Source of the DNA: Octopus sinensis
Lineage: Eukaryota
Direction of reading: 5' to 3'
Assembly: GCF_006345805.1 (NCBI RefSeq)
Contig: NC_042998.1
Location: forward strand, 22,382,001 to 22,446,000
DNA length: 64,000 nucleotides
The notes under the pieces were generated by a model. That model did not search any database and was not told where the DNA came from. It saw nothing but the letters and a program-made list of their open reading frames with translations. Position numbers and translations under genes: made by a program. Positions 1-12,794 of the stretch are shown piece by piece (within the stretch, counting starts at the first letter, position 1; each line of letters opens with the position of its first letter).

Positions 1-696
1 GTGTTTGTATCAGGTCGCGATTACATAGGCGTCTAAACAATTAATCAGAACATGGTATATACTATCAAGCCATACTTGCTTGCGTGCGATGGCTGTTGAT
101 GAATTAATTTGTTATTTTTACTCTTCACAGTTGGCTAGTGTTTCTGTCTTTATATCTTGAATTAAGTTTGTACTCGTTTGGTTTTGTTTAGTTGATTTTG
201 GGTGGTCTAAGGACGAACGCACGATATACAAAATATGAGCCGAAGTAGTTGGAAGTTACGTATCACGAATATGATGTGTTATTCCTGTCTGAAAGCGGAA
301 CGGAGAGAGGAGAGCAACTAGACGAATATTTGTTCTGGTTACTGTTTCTAATAGATCGTGTGACAGTATAGAAGTTCCTTTGGTTAAAAATTTGGCAAAT
401 TTTTTTTTTTTTTGGTTAAAAATTTGTAAGGATGGGTTGTTCAGTTGATATAATTAAATCGTAGTATTTTACCGAACCCAGATAGGTTGATAAACAAAGT
501 TGAATCTGATGGAATTTGAACTCACAACGCAAAGGGTAGCAGTATCTTTACCAAAAGGCCCCACAAGTTATTTTGTCTGAACCTCTACTGACTCTGCCCA
601 CCACATGCCAGACTACTAAAAAAACTCAAGGTAATTTTTCGTTAGTCATGCTATCCAGAAAGTCCCTCAGGGTGCAGGTTTCTCATGAATGCTTTG

Positions 697-935
697 GTGG
701 AGGCGCATGACTTAGCGGTCAGGGTATTGAACTCATGATCATAAGATTGCGGTTTCAATTCCTCGACCGGGCAACACATCGTGTTCTTGAGCAAAATACC
801 TCACTTCATATTGCTCCAGATCACTAAGCTGGCAAAAATAAGTAAACCCAGGACGGACCGGTGTGCCATCCATGAGTAAATATATACCCTACAGAAACCG
901 GGAAACCGGCCCTTATGAGTCTATATGACTGCTTT
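697..935 (+). mobile_element. tRNA-derived SINE, head/core E + tail 2
   Basis: Degenerate A box (tgacttagcggtcagg) and B box (ggtttcaattcc); core cttgagcaaaatacctcacttc...ctggcaaaaataagta; tail gaaaccgggaaaccggcccttatgag shared with 1094, 7989 and 40617. Confidence 0.75.
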
Positions 936-1093
936 AGCAATTCCTTCACTTGATCCCCTTCTTGTGTTTGTTATTTATGTTCATAAAAATGGTTTTTATA
1001 TACTTGTTGCTTTTGTTATTGTTGTTGTCATCTTTGTTATTGTTATTTGACCCCAGATCAGCTCTGATGGAGTCGACCTATGATGAAAGCTGT

Positions 1094-1345
1094 GTGAAGG
1101 CGCGTGGTTTAGTGGTTAGGGGGTTCTACTCACGATTGTAAGAATGTGATGTCGATATCTGGACCGGGTGGTGCATTGTGCTCTTGAGCAAAACACTTAG
1201 TTCCTTGCTGCTCCTGTTCACTGAGCCGGTAAAAATGAGTAACCATGCGACAGACCGGAACCCGTCCAAGAGTGGGGGACATATGCCACACAACTGGGAA
1301 ACTGACCTTATGAATTTACAGGACTCAAGTAGGACTTTTATGATG
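1094..1345 (+). mobile_element. tRNA-derived SINE, head/core E + tail 2
   Basis: ggcgcgtggtttagtggttagg head, cttgagcaaaacactt core, gaaactgaccttatga tail; homologous to 697-935. Confidence 0.75.
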
Positions 1346-1621
1346 AAATCTGTGATTCTCCCCATCTTGTAACATCTTGGACTACATAATTCGCCATATC
1401 GCTCCTTTCTCAATACGGTAAAGTGTAATTCCAGAGAAATTTGGTTCCTCTTTCTTGTAGTCCAAACCAGCCCGTCGAGACTTTCTCAAATGAAGGTCAA
1501 TTAGGTGTGTATATGCATTTATGTGTTTTTATGGATCCGTGTATATGTATATGTGTGTTTCTATGTGTGTATGCGCCTGTGACTGTATGTGTGTGTGTAT
1601 ATATACATATATGTATATATA

Positions 1622-1845
1622 TATCACCGTTCACCGACCAGGCTATCAGATGTTGCTACACATCGCTGGTCACAATGTGCTTTGCATTGTTTTAGCCTTC
1701 AAGTGACGCCACCCCGCTGGCTAAGCGAGCAGGCCAACAGAAGAAAGAGTGAGAGAAAATTTTGGCGAAAGAATAGGGGAATCGAAACTGCGATCCTACA
1801 ACCGCGAGTCCGCTGCCCTAACCACTGGGCCATTGTGCCTCCACA
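1622..1845 (-). mobile_element. tRNA-derived SINE, head C + tail 3 (internally shortened)
   Basis: Reverse complement begins ggaggcacaatggcccagtggttagggcagcggactcgcgg (head C); tail matches 28670-28786. Confidence 0.75.
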
Positions 1846-2407
1846 TATATGTGTGTGTGTTTACTAACGAAACATTTAATTTTACCTCCGTTACTAATTT
1901 CCACCAATGGAATGCCGATGGACACCATTTTAAACTGCGTCGTATAATTTGGCTCAATGGGAGCTTAATCTTCTTCTATCCGATACCTACCAAGCAGTCC
2001 TAATTATTTTAGCACGTTTACTTAATTAATTCAATCTACGGGGGTGTTAATTTATGTAGTACTGCTATGGAAAGATTAAAAGCAAATAGTATATTGAAAA
2101 TCTACTTAAAGGAAGCAGTACAAAGGAAAAATTTAATTACGGAATTGTTAAGTAATTATAGTCAGCATTGTAATCATTAGAGAATGATATAAGTTTCAGT
2201 TCGTTCGCAGCATTGAGAAAATTTTAAATCGTAATGAAGCCGCGTTTCAAAGTTAATATCAATTACGTTGAGTCTCACATATATTTCACTCGTGTTTTGT
2301 CAATGCTGTGAAACCATGGCACGACTTAGGCAGGATAAATTTAAATGCTAAATGAAGTCTGTGTATATGGGTGATGTATGTGTGATTGTATGTATGTAGA
2401 CATTCAA

Positions 2408-2822
2408 GGCGGTGAGCTGGCAGAAACGTTAGCACGCCGGGCGAAATGCGTAGCCGTATTTCGTCTGCCGTTACGTTCTGAGTTCAAATTCCGCCGAAGT
2501 CGACTTTGCCTTTCATCCTTTCGGGGTCGATTAAATAAGTACAAGTTACGCACTGGCCTCGATATAATCGGCTAAATCCGTTTGTCTGTCTTTGTTTGTC
2601 CTCCCTGTGTTTAGCCCCTTGTGGGTAGTAAAGAAATAGGTATTTCGTCTGCTGTTACGTTCTGAGTTCAAATCCTGAAAAGGTCGACTTTGCCTTTCAT
2701 CCTTTCGGGGTAGATTAAATAAGTACCAGTTACGCATTGGGGTCGATATAATCGACTTAATCCGATTGTCTGTCCTTGTTTGTCCCCTCTGTATTTAGCC
2801 CCTTGTGGGTAGTAAAGAAATA
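2408..2822 (+). mobile_element. SINE family A, head-to-tail dimer
   Basis: A box tggcagaaacgttag, B box gagttcaaattcc, central gtcgactttgcctttcatcctttcggggtcgat domain twice, junction aaagaaatag|gtatttcgtc. Confidence 0.9.
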
Positions 2823-2857
2823 AGTACGTATATAGACATTCATATACACATGAAATT

Positions 2858-3178
2858 ATGGGTGGCTTAGTGGTTAGGGGTATTCAACTCATGATCGTAA
2901 GGTCGTGAGATCAATTCCCGGCGGTGCGTTGTATCCTCGAGCAAGACACTTTATTTCACGTGGCTCTTGTCCACTCAGCTGGCAAAAATGAGTAGTACCT
3001 GTATTTCAAAGGGTCAGCCTTGTCACACTCTTTGTCACGCTGAATCCCCCCGAGAACTACGTTAGGGGTACAGGTATTTGTGGAGTGCTCAGCCACTTGC
3101 ACGTTAATTTCATGAGCAAGCTGTTCCGTTGATCGTATCAGCTGGGACCCTCGTCGTCGCAACCGACGGAGTGCTCCT
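2858..3178 (+). mobile_element. tRNA-derived SINE, head/core E + tail 1
   Basis: Head ggtggcttagtggttagg; core gagcaagacactttatttcacg...cactcagctggcaaaaatgagta; tail gtacctgtatttcaaaggg...accgacggagtgct shared with 33839, 48698, 49071, 59050. Confidence 0.85.
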
Positions 3179-3188
3179 ATATATATAT

Positions 3189-3219
<31 letters not shown>

Positions 3220-3985
3220 GGTATACAAATTAAGTACAGGACATCACCAACAAGTGAAAAATACGTAAGCACATAAAGAGAGACAAGAACGAGACAAAAT
3301 ACCAAAAGAAGTTTAACTCCTCCTCAGTTGTCGACTGTTTATTACTCCCTATTTTGAGCTTTCAACGACAAGACAGGACAATTTCATAAGATAGCAGCAT
3401 CCAGAAATTTTAGAAATATAAAATTTGTGGAGAGTTAGGGCTTCGAAAAAACAAAAAGCAACAGAGTGGGAGTACAGAGTAAACAATCGACGAAGACAAA
3501 TATTCAGGGCCGTTAGGCAAAAGATGAATTATAATGGGTAATGCCCGGGGGAAATTTTGAAAATATATAGAATAAAGAGAAGAGAAGACAGTAGAAGAGA
3601 AAAAATGTTGGGAGGCAAGAGAAATGACGTCCAGCTAGATGGACGTCTGGTCTAGAAAAGATAGAGGCGAGAGAAAAATGGCTTGTAGTCACGTGTGACG
3701 AACAGGCAGAGAGGAAGGGGGACAAGAGAGAGGATGAGGGAAAGCAACAAAGGAGTGAGGAAAAGGGAGAAGGAACGAAAGATGGTAGGGAGTGGAAGAA
3801 AGACAGGATATTGGCGAAGAAGGAAGGGGAGAAACGGAAAATAAAAAGGATTATTGAGGGATAGAGAGAAGGAGAGAAAACAGAATATGGAATCGTACAA
3901 ATTATATATAAGTGTAAGAATTTATTGTGGATAAGGCTGCGTGACGTTCGATAATGAATAAATAAAAAATACATCCGTGATGTAT
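3220..3985. repeat. Unclassified (TA)n-flanked interspersed repeat, possibly Penelope-type terminal repeat
   Basis: Starts gtacaggacatc next to (TA)n, like 4530 (opposite strand) and 42153; long purine-rich middle. Confidence 0.4.
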
Positions 3986-4012
3986 AAAAGTATATACATA
4001 TATATATATAAA

Positions 4013-4231
4013 AATTCTATAATTATGAGTATAATTATAATTAGGGTTCTGCAAAATATGCTTCACCACATACCGAAATTTAGAAATAGCAGTTAAAATA
4101 CTCTTCTACTGCCATAAGATATCTCCCAGACAGCAATATTGTCTGGGAGATATCTTATGGTAGTAGAATAGTATGTGGTGAAGCAAATTTTGCTGAACCC
4201 TAATTATAATTATGCTCATAATTATAGAATT
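4013..4231. repeat. Long fold-back inverted repeat
   Basis: aattctataattatgag...cttcaccacatac pairs with gtatgtggtgaagc...cataattatagaatt; inner ccataagatatctcccagaca / tgtctgggagatatcttatgg around a 7-nt loop. Confidence 0.9.
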
Positions 4232-4671
4232 GTAAAAGCAAATTAAATAAAATTTGGGATATTTTGCGGAGGGTGAAAGTGGTAACAAGAACAGGACAGT
4301 GAGTGCGGGAAGGACTGTTTCAACGGAGTCGCGTATTGTCCTTGCCTTCGTCACGCGGAGTAGATGAAACAGGGATCACTGAAGAAGGGGAATATTCTTT
4401 ATGTTGCATGTCTCGTTTCTCTGTTTGTTTTTTTTTTCGTTGTTCCAAAAAAAAAACGTTCGTTTCTATGTTTTTGTTTTTATGTTTTCGTTTTTCATTG
4501 TGTTCAACGTTTTTTTTATGTCCTGTACCCATATATGCATGTATATATACATATATATGTAGGTATGTACATATATGTATGTGTATATGCATATATTTAT
4601 ATATTATTTATATTATTATATGATCGAACGCCACGAATCCTTTCCAAGTAAGTTTTATCTATCTATCTAGC

Positions 4672-4677
<6 letters not shown>

Positions 4678-4753
<76 letters not shown>
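4678..4753. repeat. (TA)n microsatellite (one of many)
   Basis: Pure TA run. Confidence 0.95.
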
Positions 4754-4761
<8 letters not shown>

Positions 4762-5919
4762 TGCAAACGTATTTTCATATGTATATATGTATGTTTGTTT
4801 ATATGTGTTGCTTTTAGTAACAACTTGTAATCCACTTGCATCATGTTATTCGCAACCCAACTTCCCTATGATCCTTCTTTCCGTAACCCGTAAGTTTTAT
4901 TTTCTTAGTTTTAAAATCTATAGAGATCGCATGCAGTTATGCTACTCAACTTTAAGATTTTATCAATTCTCTCTATGAAATATTAAGCAAAGCTAGAAAT
5001 AATATCTCTTGAAAAATACAATTTATTTATTTTGCTATCTTGTTGAATTGATCTTAAGTTTCGTAGATATTTCTTTTAATGGAAATAATTCTAAAATTAA
5101 CTGTAAGACTTTATATAATTTTATATTCCTCGGTTTTTACAGTTACGTCTATTTACACGTATTTTATGTACATTTACGTTTATCGTAAGCTAATTGTTCA
5201 TGGTGCCAAATATGGAATTAGTTCTTCCAGTTGGTTAGACCGATAAATTTTTACACATATCTGTATCACTTTATATTTACCTCTTAGTTATGATTTTTGT
5301 AGAAATGAAAAAAAGACAAGAATATTTATTTTCAAAATACTTATCGCACCTACCTTAATCCTTTCTATTGTAACCATTATTAGCTCGAGATACTTCAGTT
5401 CATTTTAAACAAAATTAACTTATTTTTAGATAATTTGATAATTACTTCTATGTTTTATTTATTTCAACCAAATATTTTTTACATAACACGGAGTGTTGCA
5501 GACATTATTTTCCAACTTGACAATACCCCGAATGCTTATATATATTTCATTTTTATAAGTTTTTCTCATAATAATAATCTTGCGTATATGTATGTGCGCA
5601 TGAAATGACTCTTCTGTTGTTCGCATTGTATTCATAGAGCGCTCTTCAGCGCAACGAACAGAGTAAAATATATACAACCACTACACAACCATACTAAAGC
5701 AGTTAACATGTACAAATATATCAACACACCGTTACGTACACAGAGAGTCTTACATAAATAGGTGGACAATTATGGACAACTTGGCAGCTATTCTTTTTAT
5801 ATGTCGTTTCAAAAAAACATTATTTACAATGAAGTATTACTTGAAAAATCTGTAACAACTCCATGTCAGATCAAAGACGCATACTTTTATATATTTAGAG
5901 ACAATCGTTTATTTGTTCT

Positions 5920-6118
5920 TTTACTCTTTTACTTGTTTCAGTCATTTGACAGTGGCAATGCTGGAGCACCGCCTTTAGTCGAGCAGATCGACCTCAGGAC
6001 TTATTCTTTGTAAGCCTAGTACTTATTCAATCGGTCTTTTTGCCGAACCGCTAGATTACGGGGACGTAAACACACCAGCATCGGTTGTCAAGCGATGCTG
6101 GAGAGACAAACAGACACA

Positions 6119-6154
<36 letters not shown>

Positions 6155-6670
6155 ACACACACACATATATAAATTATATATTATATATATATAATTTCAA
6201 CAATATTAAGGAATGGCCCTGATAGGCCATTCGACTCACCAGAAAGAGCAGCCAAACTGTAACCGCTAAATAGTAGTAATTCAGAAATCAAAGGAAAATC
6301 AAAAACACTGAATTACTACTATTTAGCGGTTTGAGTTTGGCTGCTCTTCCTGGTGAGTCGAATGGCCTATCAGGGCCATTCCTTAATATTGTTGAAATTA
6401 TATATATATAGTCTGTGACTATTTTCTCTTTCTCACTGGACCGCTGGTGGCGAAAAAAATTTCTATTGAATTTTTTGCTACCCTTATATTGATTATATAT
6501 ATACACATATATATGACGGGCTTCTTTCAGTTTCCGTCTACCAAATCCACTCACAAGGCTTTGGTCGGCTCGAGGCTATAGCAGAAGACACTTGCCCAAG
6601 ATGCCACGCAGTGGGACTGAACTCAAAACTCCGGTTTTGCGAAACAAACTTCTTAAACACACAGCCATAC
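5920..6670 (-). mobile_element. SINE family B, interrupted in its internal microsatellite by a fold-back element
   Basis: 3' half (ttttactcttttacttgtttcagtcatttgac...gacaaacagacac) at 5920-6120; 5' half (gacgggcttctttcagtttccgtctacc...gtgggactgaac) at 6514-6670. Confidence 0.85.
6182..6410. repeat. Fold-back inverted repeat with about 100-bp arms and a 23-nt loop, in (TA)n
   Basis: ataatttcaacaatattaaggaatggccctgatagg...gtaattcag and its reverse complement from 6308, few mismatches. Confidence 0.9.
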
Positions 6671-6699
6671 ATGCACTTCAGTGAATTTTTAGAAGGCAG

Positions 6700-7095
6700 G
6701 AGTTCTACTATTGGTACAAGGCCTGAAATTTTGAAGAGAGGAGTAGTCGATTATATCGACCCCAGTACTTTATTGGTACTTAATTTATCAACCCCGAAAG
6801 GATGAAAGGGAAAGGCGACCTCGGTGGAATTTGAACTCAGAACGTAACGATAGACGAAATACCTATTTCTTTACTACCCACAAGGGGCTAAACACAGAGA
6901 GGACAAACAAGGACAGAAAAACGGATTAAGTCAATTATATCGACCCCAGTGCGTAACTGGTACTTAATTTATCGACCTCGGAAGGATGAAAGGCAAAGTG
7001 GACCTCGGCGGTATTTGAACTCAGAACGTAAACGACAGACAAAATACCTCTAGACATTTCGCCCGGCGTGCTATCGTTTCTGTCAGCTCGCCGCC
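6700..7095 (-). mobile_element. SINE family A dimer
   Basis: Two reverse-complement central domains (gaaaggatgaaagg...cctcgg..gaatttgaactcagaacg); head ends ctcgccgcc. Confidence 0.9.
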
Positions 7096-7342
7096 TTGCC
7101 TCTCAGAACAACAATGACGACAGAAGCAAATTCTTATCTATTTCTTTTACTTTCTTTCTACTGTTTCGATCATAAATGCCATAGTTTTGACACGAGAAAG
7201 TGGGGAGCGATTCTCCTGCTTAAACATCAATCTCACTTTCGTAATTTTGCTGCTAGTGTCATTTTGCTTGGCATTCAGAGAATGGTTTCAAACTTATTAT
7301 TTCTATAATAATATTGTCTTCATATTTAATACTTTTTATTGC

Positions 7343-7378
<36 letters not shown>

Positions 7379-7988
7379 TGTGTGTATGTGCGTGTGCATC
7401 TATCTATCCATCTATCTATCTCTATCTATCTATCCATCTGTCTATCCATCTAGCTATCCATCTATCCATCTAGCTATCCATTTATCCATCTAGCTATCCA
7501 TCCATCCATCTATCTATCTATCAATCTATCTACCTATTTGCTTCTCTGTCTGTCTATATATGCTATAATAATCATTTCTTCCTTAGGCAGAAGGCCTGAA
7601 ATTGTGTGTCTGTGTGTGTGGCGGGGAGGCTATAAACTGATAATCATTTAATCAATCTCAAAAGGATGAAAGGCAAAGTCGACCTCGAAATTTGAACGAA
7701 TTGGTTGAATAATGTCCCTGTAGGTATTAATGTTTTTATAGCAATACAGTTAATTTCACGTAGCTGGCTTTGCCTTTTTTTTTGTTTTTTTTTCCAATAT
7801 AGCTAGGCTGTGGTTCTAAACTGGGGATCTGAGTAGGCTGGTTCGAAACTCAGGAAGAACCTTACTAGACAAGAATCAAAATGTCCTTTGCTATTTGTAA
7901 CAGCCATTTTCCAGGTAAAGGAAGACGTTCGTTGCTGCAGTTGTTTGCCCTTGAAGTGACTTAATTTTAGGTAATAGTTATCTCAGGT

Positions 7989-8295
7989 AGAGGCGCAATG
8001 GCCCAGTGGTTAGGGCAGCGGACTCGCGGTCGGAGGATCACGGTTTCGATTCCCAGACCGGGCGTTGTGTGCGTTTATTGAGCGAAAACACCTTAAAGCT
8101 CCACGAGGCCCCGGCATGGGGTGGTGACAACCCCTGTTGTACTCTTTCGCCCCAACTTTCCCTCACTCTTTCTTCCTGTTTCTTGAGTAACGCTGCGATG
8201 GACTGCCGTCCAGTCCAGCCGGTGGGGGGGGGGACACATACGACATGGAAACCGGGCCCATGAGCCTGGCTAGGCTTGAAAAGGGCGAATAAATA
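7989..8295 (+). mobile_element. tRNA-derived SINE, head C + tail 2
   Basis: aggcgcaatggcccagtggttagggcagcggactcgcgg...ggtttcgattccc; tail gcgatggactg...ggaaaccgggcccatgag. Confidence 0.85.
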
Positions 8296-8351
8296 AAATA
8301 TATAATAATAGTCATCTCAGTAATTTTTTAACTGCTTCATTGTAGCAATTT

Positions 8352-8745
8352 TTTTCTTTTACTTGTTTCAATTATTACACTGTGGCCATGCTAGGGCACC
8401 GCCTTGAAGAATTTTTAGCCGAACGGATCAATTCCCGTACTTTATTTTGTAAAGCCTGACATTTATTCTACCAGTCTCTTTCGGTGAACTGTTAAGTTAC
8501 GGGGACGTAGACACACTAACACCAATTACCAAAAGGTGGTGGGATGACAAACACGCTCACACACACACACACACACACACATATATGTATACGACGAGCT
8601 TCTTTCAGTTTCCGTCAACCAAACCTGCTCACAAAGTATTGGTCAGTCCGAGGCTATGGTAGAAGACACTTGCACAAGGTGTTATGCAATGGGACTGAAC
8701 CCGGAATCATGTGGTTGAGAAACAAGCTTCTTACCACATAATCAC
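8352..8745 (-). mobile_element. SINE family B (diverged)
   Basis: Both halves with an internal (CA)n, homologous to 45122-45557. Confidence 0.8.
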
Positions 8746-9273
8746 GGTAGTTGACAGTGGTATCTTCTCTAGATTTTTATAGTGTTGATTAAAAATGCTA
8801 GTTTCATTACAAATACCTGGTGAAATGGAAAAGTGACGTTTTCGTAGATAGCTCACAAGTAATGTTTGTGGTGTCATTCTCGGTGTCTGCCATGCAAAAT
8901 TCTATGATTTTTAAAGTGAAAATAAAAAAAAATTTTAACTGGTACTCATTGTATGCGTGAAAATTGCTTCTCATTTATAACAACTGAATGAGTGAAATAA
9001 TAGTTCAATGAGTGAGAATTGCTTGTCATTCGTGAAAGAAGAAAATAATATACATATTTATTGATCTAGGCCTTCTTTAGGTCGGCAGAGTGCAACAGAA
9101 AAACCCTTCAAAAATGCATTTTAGATGAATCTACTTCATCTACATTTTTCACTGACGTTTCATCTATGCATATCTATTTGTGCATACGTGTGTGTGAATG
9201 CATTTGTGCAAGTGCGGATGCGTGCATGTGCGCATGCGTATGTATGAGTGTGTGTATGTCTGTATGTATGTGC

Positions 9274-9308
<35 letters not shown>

Positions 9309-9826
9309 TATACGTAAACCAATTCGACATTGTACATGTAATAATTTTGTGTGTCTGTGCATTTGCATGATGGGCGTATTGTATGTGTGCGTGTGTGTGT
9401 GTGCTTGTGTGTGTATGCGTCTTTATGTGTTTATACGTGTATGTGCGTGTGTGTGAATGTGTGTAAGTATTTGATGTCTGCGTTTGTGTGTGTGTTTGTT
9501 TCTGTGGAGTGAGTTTGTGTTTACCTACGTGTGTGTCATTTGAATTTCTGAGTATGTGTATTTCATTATGCGAAAACGACAATGAATATATTATTCGGAA
9601 CGTTCAATTTGAAGCAGGATGATGTGTTTGAATGCTTTGGGTTATGTAATTAAGTGTTTTACAACTCTGTTTAACTTGTCTAAAAATCAATAAATACTAC
9701 AAATATATTAAGATCGATTTAAAAGACTAACTCTTCACCCACTCATAAAACGCACCGTGTTTCTCAGAAATAGCCTGTCTTACATGATTTCGATTGTCGA
9801 TCGCCATCAGGTAAGAGAGAAGAAGA

Positions 9827-9862
<36 letters not shown>

Positions 9863-10008
9863 AGAAAGGAAGAAAGAGAGGCTTCTAAACAAACAACGGT
9901 TTTGATCAGTTTCGATTTTAGACTGTCGTTAGTTCACCTTATTTAAGTTGCTAATGCCCTTGACAAAGTTCTATATTATATTATTATCATTATTATTATT
10001 ATTATTAT

Positions 10009-10487
10009 TGAGTGACAGAGCAGTTCAGGCCATCAAAGTGACACTGGGGTAAAATATACGAAACCCAGTATACCCATCATCACGACCCAAATGATAAGAG
10101 TACACCAGACACATGCATCACAAACATATGTGCGCGACATGGTGATCTCATATCAAGAGAAACCGCGCATGGCCTTGCAGGTGGGGCCCAGTTAGAATTT
10201 TCTTCTGGTCGAGTAGCCCATAACGCTCAAAAGGTGTCTGAATAAGGTTTGTTTAAGGATGTTGAACGAAACACCCATGCTTCCAGAGGTGAATTATTCA
10301 AACCCCAAAGAATCCCTCTCAATACATGGCTATGATGCTGCCCCCACTACTTCTGCTCGTGATCAGAGATGCTCATATCACCAGCCACTAAGAGACATGC
10401 TCAACTGGTTAAGGTCAAGCAACTGACAAGCAAATCTGTGGTATTGAGCAGAATATTTGCTGTAGCCTATCTTTTGTACCAAGACAG
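10009..10487 (-). mobile_element. Family D non-coding ~560-bp element next to (TAA)n, truncated by SINE A
   Basis: Homologous to 22584-23139 and 63350-63880; abuts an (ATT)n run. Confidence 0.85.
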
Positions 10488-10690
10488 AATCGTTAGCATG
10501 CGAAGCAAAATGCTTAGCGGTATTTCGTCTGATTTTATGTCCTGAGTTCAAATTCCACCGAGGTCGACTTTGCTTTCCATCCTTTCGAGGTAGATAAATT
10601 AAGTACCACTTACGTACTGCAGTCGATCTAATCGACTGGCCACTCCTCCAAAGTATCAGGCCTTGTGTCTATAGTAGAAAGGATCATTAT
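10487..10690 (+). mobile_element. SINE family A, tail-b variant ending in (ATT)n
   Basis: gagttcaaattcc + gtcgactttgctttccatcctttcg + caggccttgtgtctatagtagaaaggatcattat. Confidence 0.85.
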
Positions 10691-10984
10691 AACAATGTTA
10701 TTATTATTATTGTTGCTGTTATTATTATTATTAGCAGTAGTAGTATTTTATGTCACATATGCCGAAGAATAGGATCGTTCTTAACAAGTTCAATCCTTGA
10801 TAACAGGTCAATCAATAATTTACTGTATGTACGATGGGACGGAACAAATATCACAACGTAATTTTGATCGAAAGTAGCATTTCATCGCTTTTAAATTTTA
10901 TATTTGCAGTATCCCACTTTCACTGATATATCTATATGTACACACAGAGACACACACACATACACGCACGTACAATATACACAC

Positions 10985-11265
10985 ACATATATATACATAT
11001 ACATATTATATGTACAAATATATACATTCATATATATATACATATACATATTATATATACAAATATATACATTCATATATATATACATATACATATTATA
11101 TATACAAATATATACATTCATATATATATACATATACATATTATATATACAAATATATACATATGTATACATATACATACACATACATACATATACATAT
11201 ATACATATACATACATATATATACATACATACATACATATAAATACATACACATACATACATACA

Positions 11266-11295
<30 letters not shown>
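10985..11295. repeat. 45-bp AT-rich minisatellite (about 3.5 units) followed by (CATA)n
   Basis: Unit tatatatatacatatacatattatatatacaaatatatacattca; visible as a 15-aa period in the ORF track. Confidence 0.85.
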
Positions 11296-11297
<2 letters not shown>

Positions 11298-12085
11298 AAT
11301 ATCTGAACACTCACACACACGCACACTAGCACACGCACATACATATTCAGGCATAGACGCATTAAAATATCTTATAAATATACATTATAACAGATTCCTT
11401 TTTCTCTTCGTTTTACTTCTTTTCAAACCAAATTTAACAATGCCATATCCAAATATTCTCAATGAAAAATTTAATTATGCGTCTATTTATTCCGAGTTAA
11501 ACGACACAAAAAGAGATCAATTCCCGCCCATAGATGACATTTTAACACTTACACAAGGAAAGAATTGAATTTGTATAAACGAAGATATACTAAAGAGGAG
11601 AATGACTCTATCACTGAATTGCTTCGTTTGATACGACTATATTCAGAGGTCATCTAACCAACCGCTGAATGTAAATCTCTCACATCATTTGTTTTATGAA
11701 AACCATGGAACTGGGCTATGTCTGAAGACTCTGAACCATTCCAATAACGTTGATGCCATGTATGAACTCGCAGACCGTTTCTACTTTACTATTATCACCT
11801 ATTTAATTACTATTATTCATTTTCTATGAAAATGAATTTATTTTTATGAAAATGAATTTTTTTTTGTTTTCGAATTGTTAATGTAAAAATAGATTAATTG
11901 ATGGCAATATGATTTTTTAAAAATACTTATCGTAATGGCTTCTTTATTTGTCAAATCAAATTTTACAATGCAACACACAAACCTTTTTAACCAAAAGAGT
12001 ACACATACATACATACATACATACATACACATATGTATGTCAACATCTATCTCATCTCTTCATTTCTCTCTTCATGTGTGTGCGT

Positions 12086-12131
<46 letters not shown>

Positions 12132-12379
12132 GTGTGTGCGTGTGTTTGTATGTGTGTGTGGTGTGTGTGTGTGTAAATATGTATTGTAGCTCTGAAATGT
12201 CTCTTTGTTTCCTACCTCATGCTTTCGAAAATATCACTTATCACATCTGATTTATGATTATTGAACACACACATAGCCACAAACATTACACACACACTTA
12301 CACACACATGCCCAAAACACACATATTCACATATGCATACATACATTGTATATCTAAAAAAAGTAACACACATCATACA

Positions 12380-12380
12380 T

Positions 12381-12414
<34 letters not shown>

Positions 12415-12587
12415 ATATAATATATATATTATATATATATATATATGTGCACTTACATTAGCGGAAATACTAATTTTTGTTTATATCTATGTACAACCAC
12501 ACAGCTGCTCACACATAGCCGTACTCGTACTAGTATAAAGACTAACACAGAAGTACAGGACACACAGCTATATATATATATATATAG

Positions 12588-12640
<53 letters not shown>

Positions 12641-12762
12641 ATGCATGAGTATATATAATATACATACATATATGTGTGTGTGTGTGTGTATATGTATGCA
12701 TGTATATATATATATATATGTGTGTGTGGTGTATATATATGTATGCATGAATATATATCTTA

Positions 12763-12794
<32 letters not shown>

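Noticed and set aside
7989-8062. tRNA-like sequence (also heads of SINE A, B and E)
   Set aside because: A and B boxes are present but there is no closing acceptor stem, and each continues into a SINE body; not tRNA genes.
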